In this document: piece by piece, positions 28,823 through 38,449 of the stretch
Numbering within the stretch: position 1 is the first letter of the stretch
Layout of the letters: the number at the start of each line of letters is the position of its first letter
Assembly (NCBI GenBank): GCA_963758525.1
Contig: CAVWVQ010000003.1
Span: 3,296,001-3,360,000, forward strand
Reading direction: 5' to 3'
Length of the DNA: 64,000 bases
From: an uncultured Phycisphaerales bacterium
GTDB lineage: Bacteria > Planctomycetota > Phycisphaerae > Tepidisphaerales > Tepidisphaeraceae
Made by a program: the position numbers and the translations under genes
Notes under the pieces: model-generated
Told to the model about the DNA's origin: nothing
Seen by the model: only the letters and a program-made list of their open reading frames with translations
The model's database searches: none

Positions 28823-28846
28823 AGCCGCGGATGTACATCCGCGGCT
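28823..28846. repeat. Palindrome after mlaD (REP/terminator-like)
   Basis: AGCCGCGGATGTACATCCGCGGCT. Confidence 0.6.
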
Positions 28847-28995
28847 CCGAGCAGTTGGCGCCAAGTTAGACGGGGTTTGCTCTCATCGCGATTTCTGGAT
28901 CACAGGCCGCTCGTCTGCGACTACAATAGTTTCCTTGCGATCGCTCGGAACGGTTTTGAGCCGATCGCGTGTCAAACGCGGGAAGGAAACAGATC

Positions 28996-29370
28996 ATGAA
29001 GATTCGTACGTTTTTGTCGGGAGCGGGATTGTTGCTGGCGGCCTTGGTTGCGGGCTGCACCTCAAGCACGGAGCAAGGCGTCAAGAGCGACTACCACACC
29101 CAGTGGACCATGGTCGCCGCCGACACCAAGACCACGACGGATGCAGCCAAATCAGTTTTGGAAGCCAGCGACTTGAAAGACGTCACCGCCAGTTCGACCG
29201 CTGTCGATGGCATGGCCGCCGGAATGAAAGCCGACGGGAGCAAGGTTGAGGTCACCATCGCCAAGACTGATGTCGGCAGCAAGGTTTCCGTCACCGTTGG
29301 GACGCTGGGCGATCCGGCGCTTGGCGCATCCTACGCCGCGCAGATCAAGCAGAAGGCCGAATCGAAGTAG
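28996..29370 (+). CDS. Lipoprotein, DUF3568-like
   Basis: Lipobox LVAGC; C-terminal SKVSVTVGTLGD. Confidence 0.7.
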   Translation: MKIRTFLSGAGLLLAALVAGCTSSTEQGVKSDYHTQWTMVAADTKTTTDAAKSVLEASDLKDVTASSTAVDGMAAGMKADGSKVEVTIAKTDVGSKVSVTVGTLGDPALGASYAAQIKQKAESK

Positions 29371-29502
29371 ACACGCGGCCGCATGGAGCCGATGCAGAGG
29401 TCCGTAGAAGAGCCTTTAAAGCACGTCGTGAGGCAACTCGCATCGCGGCTCTTCCGCGGACCTTTTGCGCGCTTCAACAGTCCCAACGCCGGTTTGCTTC
29501 GT

Positions 29503-29574
29503 GTAGCCGGCGAGCATGCTCGCCGATTGTTCCCGCAACCAAGAAAAAGCCGGCGAGCCATGCTCGCCGGCTAT
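29503..29574. repeat. GTAG-type REP doublet between convergent genes
   Basis: GTAGCCGGCGAGCATGCTCGCCG ... CGGCGAGCCATGCTCGCCGGCTATA. Confidence 0.7.
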
Positions 29575-29606
29575 ACGTGCCTATGAGTTTTGCCCAGTGA
29601 TCCGCG

Positions 29607-29978
29607 TCAGGCGGCTTTCACACCGACCAGAAACGGCCGCGCCATCTCCACGATCGCGTCGAACGCGGTCGGATCGCTGATGGCCAATTCGCTGAGCATC
29701 TTGCGATTCAGCTCGATGCCGGCGGCAATCAGCGCGGGAATGAATCGGTTGTAGGGAATTCCCTTCTCGCGGACGGCGGCGCTGAGCCGGCTGATCCAGA
29801 GGGTGCGGAAGTGCCGCTTGCGCTGACGGCGATCGCGCGTCGCGTAAGCGGCGGCCTTGCGGGTGAACTCGATGGCCTGGCGATATTGCGTGCCCGGGCC
29901 GCCGCGGAATCCGCTGGCTCGCTTGAGGACGCGCTTCCGTTTGCGAAGGTGCGGGGGACCGCCTTTAGTGCGTGGCAT
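29607..29978 (-). CDS. rplT: 50S ribosomal protein L20
   Basis: KRASGFRG, YATRDRRQRKRHFRTLWISR, LNRKMLSELA. Confidence 0.97.
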   Translation of the reverse strand: MPRTKGGPPHLRKRKRVLKRASGFRGGPGTQYRQAIEFTRKAAAYATRDRRQRKRHFRTLWISRLSAAVREKGIPYNRFIPALIAAGIELNRKMLSELAISDPTAFDAIVEMARPFLVGVKAA

Positions 29979-30101
29979 GAAACTGACTCTCTTTCAATGA
30001 CTTCTCTGATGAACAAGCGTGAGTACGCTCGTTCAAAATATAACGCTGCTTCCGGGCCGGCAGCTCACCGAATCGCAAAAGCCAACTCGGGCACATTCGG
30101 T

Positions 30102-30374
30102 TTACGCAGCCGGCGCGGCGGCCTTCTTCTTGGCCGCAAGGGCCCGCTCGTGCGCCGTCTTCAGTGGTTTGAGCGCGCTGACGCCCATGAGCTGTCGGAA
30201 ATTCCGCGCGTGGCCTTCCGCCAGGATCGCCGGGCGGCGCAGGATCCGCCGTTTTCCGGCGGGGCGGGCGCTCATCAGGTGGGAAGTGAAGGCATGGTGC
30301 CGCTTCAGCTTCCCGGTCTTGGTCACCTTGAACCGCTTGGCGACGCTCTTATTGGGCTTGAACTTGTAACCCAT
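30102..30374 (-). CDS. rpmI: 50S ribosomal protein L35
   Basis: KPNKSVAKRFKVTKTGKLKRHHAFTSHLM; upstream of rplT. Confidence 0.96.
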   Translation of the reverse strand: MGYKFKPNKSVAKRFKVTKTGKLKRHHAFTSHLMSARPAGKRRILRRPAILAEGHARNFRQLMGVSALKPLKTAHERALAAKKKAAAPAA

Positions 30375-30584
30375 CACGTTTCCTCAAAAAAAAACACCCC
30401 TCCATCGGGGGGCGGGAATACTAACAGGCGGCGGCGAGAGAGTCCAGCAGGCCGAAGCAATCGCGTAATTGTTCCTAATCATTCGCCTGCGAGAGCAGTT
30501 CAAACCTGACGCCCAAGGGTCGCCCAGCAATTTAGATAGCGGGCTGATCTTGGCTGGTGGCATAACACGGGGTACAACGTCAGT

Positions 30585-31330
30585 GTGGTGGACGCGCCTG
30601 TAATACTTCCCGTCAGGCTGTATCTGAAACGGAACTTTGGCGCCCGGGAGAATGGGCGCGGCGGGTTCACCCTCGTGGAACTACTGTCGGTCCTCGGCAT
30701 CATCGCCTTGTTGATCGCCATGTTGCTGCCCGCCTTCGGGCGGGCGCGAGAATTGCGCGGCGCACGCAGTGCCTGAGCAACATCCGCCAGCTCGGGCTGG
30801 GGTTGATCATGTATGCCAACAATCACAAGTTGGTTCTGCCTCGCGGCGCACTCAGCGCCGGTGCTCAGAACGATGATTGGATCTACTGGCAGTCGAACCG
30901 CAAGCTCAGCGACTCGATGATCGCCCCCTACCTCGACGTCGGGACGCTCGCCAGCGTCTTCCGGTGCCCGTCCGATGATCTCTCCTTCCGCGTTCGCGGC
31001 GGGGCCAATGCCTACTTCTACAGCTACTCGAGGAATTCGCTCATGCAGGAGATCAAGCTGACGTCCATCCGCGCGTCGGCCGGCAAGATGCTCCTGTATG
31101 AGGAAGCGGCCGAAACCATTGATGACGGGTACGGCACGCCCCAGCCTGGCGGCTCAATCAATCTCCTGTCCATCCGCCACGATTCGAGCCGCCAGAATCC
31201 CGACAACGTCACGACCGGGCTGACCCTCAACGGCGCTTGCCGCGGCAATGCACTCTTCTGCGACGGACATGCCGAGTACATCGACCGCAAGACCCTGCAC
31301 AGCCAACCCGTCTACGATCCAAATTATTGA
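30585..31330 (+). CDS. Prepilin-type N-methylation / H-X9-DG (DUF1559-like) protein, frameshift near 30755
   Basis: [19 protein letters not shown]; shifted frame [18 protein letters not shown]...GNALFCDGH. Confidence 0.88.
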
Positions 31331-31376
31331 ATTGAAGTTGGATGAAGCAGATCTTTGCTTTGCCGGCAACATGCCC

Positions 31377-31958
31377 TTATTCGTCGGCGCTCGAATTTGC
31401 GAACGGAGCCGGACCGATTGCCTGGGTCGAGAAGACCTGTAGTCGGGCCTCGGCGCGCCTCCACGTGTCGGCTTCAAAGCCCATCTTTTCCGTGCAAAGC
31501 TTGCTGAGCAATTGTTCGCGCGACCACCCGGTTTCGCGGCCGACGTCTGGCAGAAAACATCCCGAGCGTCCCGCGATGCTCAGATAAATTCCATCCCGTT
31601 GCGGATCAAAATCCAGCGGATCTGCCGCCGGCCGGAGCGGCGAGAGCACGCTGATCTCGATCTCCAGGCTCGGCAATTCTTCCACCGACACTGGATCGGC
31701 GGCAAATCGCGGATCGTCCAGCGCATCGATGGCGCTGCTGATGGCCGACTGCCAGAGCGGGGACGCGTTTAGCCGGCCGATGCATCCGCGCAGCCGGTGC
31801 GAACCGTGTTCGTGCAGCGTCACGAAACACCCGGCCGGCTCCAGCAGCGCCGTATCGTTCGGATGAGCTGGGGTGAAGGAACGGCCCGTCAGCGCGTGAC
31901 GAATTGCGTCACGTGCCAAGTCCAGAAGTGTCTCGCTTTGTTCGCGCGAGAGGGGCAT
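31377..31958 (-). CDS. AMMECR1-domain protein (AmmeMemoRadiSam protein A)
   Basis: GCFVTL, LRGCIG, DPRF, EISVLSP, FLPDV. Confidence 0.92.
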   Translation of the reverse strand: MPLSREQSETLLDLARDAIRHALTGRSFTPAHPNDTALLEPAGCFVTLHEHGSHRLRGCIGRLNASPLWQSAISSAIDALDDPRFAADPVSVEELPSLEIEISVLSPLRPAADPLDFDPQRDGIYLSIAGRSGCFLPDVGRETGWSREQLLSKLCTEKMGFEADTWRRAEARLQVFSTQAIGPAPFANSSADE

Positions 31959-32025
31959 GGCAGTGAGAGTATAGGTCTGAAGGACGGGTGATTGGTGATT
32001 GGAACGTGACGGAAGGAGAGACCGC

Positions 32026-32091
32026 TTATCCACCGGTTTCTCCACCGGGCAAAGGCTGTCTGTGCCAATGGTTGCGTTTCACGGTGGATAA
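32026..32091. promoter_or_regulatory. Three DnaA-box-like motifs
   Basis: TTATCCACC (32026-32034), TTCTCCACC (32038-32046), GGTGGATAA (32083-32091, reverse). Confidence 0.55.
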
Positions 32092-32151
32092 CTTCGCCGC
32101 GAGTGCGTGAAATGTTTTGGTGAAATCGCCAAGTTGGCTTAAATTCCTCCC

Positions 32152-32830
32152 GTCGTCGGACGCGACAGCGGCCGGCGGAAAGGGAGAATGCTCCTGATAC
32201 GGAGTCTGGCTTCCGAACAGTCCGTGCGCAGCAATGAATCGCGGGCACGGCGGAATCCAGCGGCCAGCGACAAGGCCACCCGAAACTAATGGGCGAGGAA
32301 AACGTCCCTTTGGCCATCCGGGTTAATGTCGCCGCCAGTGGTCGGACGCACCGCGGGGAGAGAGTCCCTCGTCATGCGCCCGATCGAACCCAGGCTTCCC
32401 GAGCAGCCCGGTAACGGGCTGCGGAGAGCAGCTGATCCTAGGAATGGGTTCGGGACAGCGAAATCCCACGGCCCTCCAGTCGGGAAACCGCTCTGCCGCC
32501 CTGTTGGGCGAGCGATCGCGGCGGTGACAGTCGCGATCAACCGTCTGTATGCAGCATCCCCATAGATCTGCTGCATGCTGATAGGACCGAGGCGGGCCCA
32601 GGCCGGGAGCAGATGGTCACAATATCGGTCCGATACCGGCATAGGCCCCTGCGGTGAGTTCGCGACTCACTTCTGGGGCCTTCCGGCTTTGATGGGGAAG
32701 CTCGAAGCGCCGGCGCGGGGGGAGCGCAATTTATCGATGAGCGCACGAAGCCGCGCCAGCACAGAGCCGAGCGACTTGTCGCCGGACCCGCAGCGTGTTG
32801 CTTGTAAGTTGCGCATGCCATAGCCGCCGT
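32152..32830 (+). ncRNA. Candidate large structured non-coding RNA (class unassigned)
   Basis: No convincing ORF; more than 12 consecutive helices with GUAA, GAAA and CUUG loops on the + strand; upstream TTGGTG-N17-TAAATT. Boundaries approximate. Confidence 0.55.
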
Positions 32831-32840
32831 GGATCATCAT

Positions 32841-32870
32841 TTGACAAAATTCCACCCTCGTTTATACGTT
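32841..32870 (+). promoter_or_regulatory. Promoter of the ClC gene
   Basis: TTGACA at 32841-32846 with TATACG/TACGTT 16-18 nt downstream. Confidence 0.55.
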
Positions 32871-32899
32871 AGCTGACTCACACCTGACCAGGCGGAAGA

Positions 32900-34798
32900 G
32901 TGAGCGCGGAAGAACCGAATGCACCCGGCGAACAAAATGTTCGCGCGGCTTCGACCAATGACGGGCTTCCCATCTCCCCATCGCTGGGGCCGACGTTGGC
33001 TGATGCGCACTTGCCGGCGGTGTACAACCCGCTCGACGCGCGGGTGCTGTTCATCTCCGCCCTGTGCATCCTGATCGGGCTGGCGGCGGGACTGCTCTCG
33101 CAAGTGCTGATCCGCACCATCTGGCTGATCACCAGCCTCTCGTTTTACGGCCGGTTTTCCATGAGGCATGTGACGCCGCCGCAGACGATGGCGGCGAATC
33201 ACCTGGGTTTGTGGATCATTCTGGTGCCCATAGCGGGAGCGATTCTCATCGGTCTGCTCGCCCGATACGGCTCTCGGCAGGTGGCCGGTCATGGAATTCC
33301 CGAAGCGATGGAACAGGTGCTTCTCAACCAGAGCCGCATCCCGCCAAAGATGACGTTCCTCAAGCCGCTCTCGGCGGCCATTTCCATCGGCACTGGCGGC
33401 CCGTTTGGCGCGGAGGGACCGATCATCGCGACCGGCGGAGCGCTGGGATCGCTCATCGGGCAGTTGCTGCACACGACTCCCTCCGAACGCAAGGTGCTGC
33501 TCGCCGCCGGCGCCGCTGCGGGAATCGCGGCGGCATTCGGATGCCCCGTCGCGGCGGTGCTCCTGGCGATCGAACTGCTCCTCTTTGAATTCAGTCCGCG
33601 ATCGATCATCCCGGTTGCGATGGCGTGCGCCACTGCCTCGGTGGTTCACTATCGCTTCGAAGGATTCGAGCCATTCTTCACCCTCGACGGCGGAACGTTT
33701 GCGCCGGCAAACTATCCTCAGCTTGCCGCGTGGACCGTTCTCGGCGCGATCATGGGCGTCGCAGCCGTAATAATGACGCAGAGCGTCTACCTCGTGGAAC
33801 ATCTTTTTGAACGCATTCCGTGCCATTGGATGTGGCACCCGGCGCTGGGGGCGGTGGCGGTTGGCGCCATTGGCTGCATCGCCCCTTTCACGCTCGGCTC
33901 CGGATACTTCAACATCGATCACCTGCTGAGCGGCAGTCTTGCCCTCCGCGCGGCCGCGCTTCTGCTCCTCCTCAAATTCCTCTCGTGGACTATCTCGCTG
34001 GGCAGCGGCACCGCCGGCGGCACGCTCGCCCCCGTCTTCACAATCGGCGGATCGTTGGGGGCGGTCCTCGCGCTGATCGCGCATCGCGTCGATCCAGGCA
34101 TCGTGCTGGATGTTCGGGTTGCCGCGCTCGTGGGGATGGTGGCGATCTTTGCCGGGGCGTCGCGTGCCATGCTCACTTGCGTCGTCTTCGCGTTTGAAAC
34201 CACGATGCAGCCCTGGGGAGTGTTGCCGGCGCTGTGCGGTTGTGCGGCGTCGTATCTGGTGGCAACGCTGATTTCCCGAACGTCCATCATGAGCGAGAAG
34301 ATGCATCGCCAGGGCGTCCGAGTGCCCGTGGAATATCGAGCCGACATTCTGGCGCAGGTGCTGGTGCGCGACGCCTGCACACTGGGGCCGGTGATCCTTC
34401 AGGGGGACCAGTCGGTAGCTGCCGCGCGTGCCTGGCTCAACTCCGATTCAGCAGCGGCCAGACACCAAGGCTTCCCCGTCGTGAACCAGCGGGGCGACCT
34501 GATCGGCGTTGTGACACGCCGGGACGTAACCAACCCGCGCCTCGCCGAAACCGCGACAGTGGGAACTGTCCCCACGCGACTGCCGGTGGTGGTATACGAC
34601 GACTCCACGCTGCGGGATGCGATTGATCACATGATTCAACACGATATTGGGCGACTGCCAGTCGTCTTCCGCGAGGGCCTCAAGCTCGCCGGCATCATCA
34701 CGCGAGGTGATATTCTCACGTATTACGGCCGCTGGCAGGCGGACGAACGTCGTTCGCGACGAAGCATCCTCGTCCCGCGGCAACGTTCTAAGCCGTAG
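32900..34798 (+). CDS. ClC chloride channel/transporter with CBS pair
   Basis: GHGIPE, GGPFGAEGP, GGTLAP; C-terminal GFPVV and GRLPVV CBS motifs. Confidence 0.93.
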   Translation: MSAEEPNAPGEQNVRAASTNDGLPISPSLGPTLADAHLPAVYNPLDARVLFISALCILIGLAAGLLSQVLIRTIWLITSLSFYGRFSMRHVTPPQTMAANHLGLWIILVPIAGAILIGLLARYGSRQVAGHGIPEAMEQVLLNQSRIPPKMTFLKPLSAAISIGTGGPFGAEGPIIATGGALGSLIGQLLHTTPSERKVLLAAGAAAGIAAAFGCPVAAVLLAIELLLFEFSPRSIIPVAMACATASVVHYRFEGFEPFFTLDGGTFAPANYPQLAAWTVLGAIMGVAAVIMTQSVYLVEHLFERIPCHWMWHPALGAVAVGAIGCIAPFTLGSGYFNIDHLLSGSLALRAAALLLLLKFLSWTISLGSGTAGGTLAPVFTIGGSLGAVLALIAHRVDPGIVLDVRVAALVGMVAIFAGASRAMLTCVVFAFETTMQPWGVLPALCGCAASYLVATLISRTSIMSEKMHRQGVRVPVEYRADILAQVLVRDACTLGPVILQGDQSVAAARAWLNSDSAAARHQGFPVVNQRGDLIGVVTRRDVTNPRLAETATVGTVPTRLPVVVYDDSTLRDAIDHMIQHDIGRLPVVFREGLKLAGIITRGDILTYYGRWQADERRSRRSILVPRQRSKP

Positions 34799-35181
34799 TG
34801 GCAGGCAGGGCTTGAGTGGGGATATTTGGATTTTGAAGGTTTCCTCCCATTTGCGTGGCTGCCGCGACGGATATTACGCGCGTGACGTCTATGTCGCCGG
34901 TGAGCCCACAAAATGTAGGTGTTTCCCCTACGTTATGCCGTAGTTATCAGTTATGTACTCATCGATACCGCCTTGCTGAGCACGCTGTTTTCTCGCGTAA
35001 ACCCATATTCTGTCGATGGTTTTTGACAATTTTCGCCCGAGTGGAGTAACATGCCCTCCGAACGGAGCAGCAAGGATCCTCCGACGGGCTTGCCCGTCGT
35101 CGGGCGTGGGTGGCTGCTCCGCTAGTCATAACTCATTGCGTCGTGCGCGAGCTTCTGGCGCGTTGCCAAAAGGTAACATCA

Positions 35182-36111
35182 ATGCGCTTTCTTCGAAGCT
35201 TGCTTCGCTCGTCCGGTCGGGTTGCATCTACATCTGCCGTTGTGCCAGAGCAACTGGAATCTCGTTGCCTGATGAGCGTCAGCGTCACCGGCCTCAGTCC
35301 CAGTGGCGTGGTCAACGTGGCCAAACCGTATCTGGTGGCGAGTTTCACCACGACCGACTCCCCGCTTTCCGTGAAGCACTACTCCGCGACCGTGAACTTC
35401 GAGGATGGAACTTCGGGCCCAGCAAAGTTCAAGCTCGCCCATGGAGTATTTTCGGTAACCGCCCAGCATAAATACGTTGATCCCGGACTGGTCGCGGCGC
35501 AGGTAACGATCAACGACAAAGTCGATGGCACCAGCCAGACCGTCACCAGCAACATCAACGTCATCCCGAAATTCACCGCCAATGGCCTCACGAAGCTGCG
35601 CATCGCCCAGAACCAGTACTTTCAGCTCGCCTTCGGCGGAACCTGGGTCAGAAAGGGCAACAACTATGCAAGTCACTCGCTGACCGCGACCCGCGTCTCT
35701 GACAGCAAGGACGTGAATTGGTCCGGCAATGTCGTCAGTGCCAGCGCCGTCGGCGCATTCTCGGTCAGCACGCAGACCCTTGGCTATTTCCCCGGCACGT
35801 CTGGCGGAACCTTCACCAAGCTGTTCGACGTGAGCGGCTTCAACGCAAGCGCTTCTGGCGGCGTGGGGCCAACCACGATCAATGGCACGTATCGCCTCGC
35901 CCGTACCGGTGGCAACGACATTACTCTCACCTCAAACCCCGCCGATAACGTCGACAAACGCGATCACATGGTGACCTATGTCATCAAGGGCCTCCCAGGA
36001 CAGGCGGCCAATCAGACCACGTACATGATCTTCTGGGAAGACTCGCCAGGGCAGGTCAACCTCTTCGACTTCAATGACTTGATCGTTGAGCTGACGCTGC
36101 AGAACGGGTAG
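35182..36111 (+). CDS. Secreted protein with LEPRxLL-type motif and DUF4114-like C-terminus
   Basis: EQLESRCLMS; Ig-like segment; FWED...DFNDLIVEL. Confidence 0.75.
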   Translation: MRFLRSLLRSSGRVASTSAVVPEQLESRCLMSVSVTGLSPSGVVNVAKPYLVASFTTTDSPLSVKHYSATVNFEDGTSGPAKFKLAHGVFSVTAQHKYVDPGLVAAQVTINDKVDGTSQTVTSNINVIPKFTANGLTKLRIAQNQYFQLAFGGTWVRKGNNYASHSLTATRVSDSKDVNWSGNVVSASAVGAFSVSTQTLGYFPGTSGGTFTKLFDVSGFNASASGGVGPTTINGTYRLARTGGNDITLTSNPADNVDKRDHMVTYVIKGLPGQAANQTTYMIFWEDSPGQVNLFDFNDLIVELTLQNG

Positions 36112-36284
36112 GCAAGGCGCCCGCTGCGCCGGGCAATCTGCCACACCAAGTCAAGAAAGCAAAGAGGGGACGAAGGCCCGTTATGCACGGCCTTTGTCTC
36201 TTCTTCTTTTGGCTCGGGGTGAGCAGCAGCCACTCGCACGGCGCGCCGCAGGAACGGGGCGAAGCCCCGGCGCTTCACCTGACT

Positions 36285-37379
36285 CTACTTACCGACTGGT
36301 ACGGTTTCACTCTCACGCGTTGCGCGGATCGGGGTGGGATTTTCGCCTCGGCTGGCGCTTCGGACCAGATCATCCACGTAATGCAGCTTTTTGACCACGC
36401 CCTCGCAAAAGACCTCCGGCACCAGGTCGGGAAGGCCCATGTTCCGGTTGATCTCATTCATCCCGATGGCCATCGGCGCGTATCGCTTCAGCACCGAGTC
36501 CAGATCGTCGGACGGCATCCTCAGATCGGAGAAGCCCTGCGCCTGGAACGTATCCAGCGTGCCGACGATGTCCAGATACAGGCCGAATGTCTCAGCGAAA
36601 TCCTCCCACGGGTGCATCGTTGCGTAGGCGCTGACGAAGCTCTCCTGCCAGTTGGGCGGGGCGCCTGTCTTGTAATAGGCGCACTGCGCCTTGCCGTAGT
36701 CGATCGTGTGGTCGCCGAAGACAGAGATGGAACTCTCTTCGTCGTGCCCCTTCACCAGCAGGTCCCAGAAGTAATGTGCAATCTCATGGCGGAAGTGGCC
36801 GATCAGCGTCCGCTGCGGCTCGTGCAGATTGACGCGCAACCGCTCCCGCTCCACGTCGTCGGCCTCGCAGATGTTGATGATGATCACGCCGGATGCGTGC
36901 CCGGTGGTGATCGGCTCACAGTTTTTGATCCGCTGCCATTGGCCATTCTGGATGATCTTGTCGGTTTTGAACTCAAAGATCAGCCCCGGCACGAATCCCT
37001 CGTCAGCCGTCCCGTAGGGAAGACCCAGCATATCCAGATCGTAGATCAGCCGGCGCTTCGCCGCTTCGAGTCGCGCCCATCGCTCGACATTGCCAGGAAC
37101 TGAGAGATCTGGAATCGTCCTGTTAAATCGGCAGCAGTCGCAGAAGGCCGGCGCCTTGCCTCCGGGCTGCACCAGGACAAAGCGATTGCAAACATTCAAC
37201 TCCCGGTTGTTGGTGCATTTTAGAAGTGCCGACTTGCAACGGTCGCAGCTGTAATTGCCGGTCTTTCCGTTCACTGCCACAATGCTGCGGCAATGCGGAC
37301 ACCAACCCGTTTCGCGTTTGCAAGTCAGGCAGCGGGAGTTGTCAAAAAAAAGGGTGGAACCGCACCCGCATTTAAACAT
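36285..37379 (-). CDS. Putative zinc-binding metallopeptidase with N-terminal zinc ribbons
   Basis: MFKCGCG..LFFDNSRC, several CxxC, GHASGVI, HFRHEIAHY, YATMHPWEDFAE. Confidence 0.88.
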   Translation of the reverse strand: MFKCGCGSTLFFDNSRCLTCKRETGWCPHCRSIVAVNGKTGNYSCDRCKSALLKCTNNRELNVCNRFVLVQPGGKAPAFCDCCRFNRTIPDLSVPGNVERWARLEAAKRRLIYDLDMLGLPYGTADEGFVPGLIFEFKTDKIIQNGQWQRIKNCEPITTGHASGVIIINICEADDVERERLRVNLHEPQRTLIGHFRHEIAHYFWDLLVKGHDEESSISVFGDHTIDYGKAQCAYYKTGAPPNWQESFVSAYATMHPWEDFAETFGLYLDIVGTLDTFQAQGFSDLRMPSDDLDSVLKRYAPMAIGMNEINRNMGLPDLVPEVFCEGVVKKLHYVDDLVRSASRGENPTPIRATRESETVPVGK

Positions 37380-37635
37380 TTGCACGGCGAGCTTTCCTCT
37401 CAATCGATTGCCTCGGCAACGCCGGCGACAACCGCCATAGCGTCACTGATTCCCCAGCGCCTCATCCAACGTGGACCATGTCGTTGCCGGCATAAACCTG
37501 AAGCCGAAAGCCTCTCGCGCATGCGCGCCCGGCCTCTTCGAGCCGCTTACGCTGACGGCCATCGCCAGCATCCCCACGACCATCAAGATTTCCAACAGCC
37601 GCCATGTGCTCATTGCTCACCCTCGCGCGCAAAGA

Positions 37636-37662
37636 AACCCCTCCGCAGGGTGGGGAGGGGTC
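37636..37662 (-). terminator. Probable intrinsic terminator of the CsbD gene
   Basis: Minus-strand hairpin ACCCCTCC...GGAGGGGT followed by TTCTTT. Confidence 0.5.
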
Positions 37663-37677
37663 AGAAGGTGGTCTCCT

Positions 37678-37860
37678 TTAACGAGCGCCCTTGTCGGAGT
37701 CAGAGGATGCTTTGCCCACCGCCTCTTGCGCTTTCCCGACAGCCTTTTGCACTTTGCCCTTGACCTGTTGCGCAGGGTTATCAGTGACGGCTCCGATGGC
37801 GTCGTTTGCCTTGCCTTTGATCTGCTTGACTTTCCCCGCTGCTACATCTTCTTGTCCCAT
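37678..37860 (-). CDS. CsbD family stress protein
   Basis: GKVKQIKGKA..GAVTDN..KGKVQKAVGKAQ; AGGAG RBS. Confidence 0.88.
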   Translation of the reverse strand: MGQEDVAAGKVKQIKGKANDAIGAVTDNPAQQVKGKVQKAVGKAQEAVGKASSDSDKGAR

Positions 37861-38287
37861 GATCGATCTCCTGTAAGAGTTGAGGACAAGAACACTTTGG
37901 CAAAAGGTGTGCCTCTAAAGGAATGCGTGCTTTTCAGCCAGCAGGGGCCGCTTTTTAGGTCCAGTGCGACAACATGACGGGAGGGGAGACAGGTTGTTTT
38001 TGCTCGTCTGACAGGCCGAGTCGCTGATGAAGCGCGCTGCCTCCTCCTCCTACCCTGGCGAAGCGACGAGTTGGGTGCGGGAAATCAGAACCCGCTTGGT
38101 GAAAACATGGCAGCCGTAAGTGAGCTTCGCGTCCTGGTTGGAAAACGCTCGTCGCCTTTATGTCCGCCTTCGCGTATGCGAAACACTGAGAGCACACGAA
38201 ACCTGTTGCTGGACATTGTCTGATTTTAGGGGCCGCGCACGAATAACCTGCTCAAATGATTTCGAATCCAGCGGACGGCGATGCCAC

Positions 38288-38344
38288 TGTAGAACAGCCG
38301 TCTCGGCTGTGATGTCGGGCGACAGCCGAGACGGCTGTGCGACA
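38288..38344. repeat. GTAG-type REP doublet
   Basis: TGTAGAACAGCCGTCTCGGCTGT / ACAGCCGAGACGGCTGTGCGACA. Confidence 0.7.
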
Positions 38345-38449
38345 TGCCCAAAATTGACGCTCTGCCGCTCGCATTTATAATGCCCCGCTCTCCGCAGGGC
38401 GTCGCAGCCCCGGGGCTGCTATGGGTTTTCGTGCAGGGAAGGAGTCGGC

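Noticed and set aside
32295..32397. GAGGAAAACGTCC and GAACCCAGGCTT resembling RNase P P4 strands
   Set aside because: Both are imperfect and only ~90 nt apart; other RNase P conserved regions are absent
32425..32470. Minus-strand CCCGAACCC...TCAGCT resembling a c-di-AMP riboswitch 3' half
   Set aside because: Spacing is wrong, the 5' GAATC and GGGGTGAATC elements are absent, and tetraloops favour the plus strand
32900..34798. ClC as a fluoride exporter
   Set aside because: It has GHGIP/GAEGP rather than the GNNLI/GREGT-type signatures, and no fluoride riboswitch precedes it
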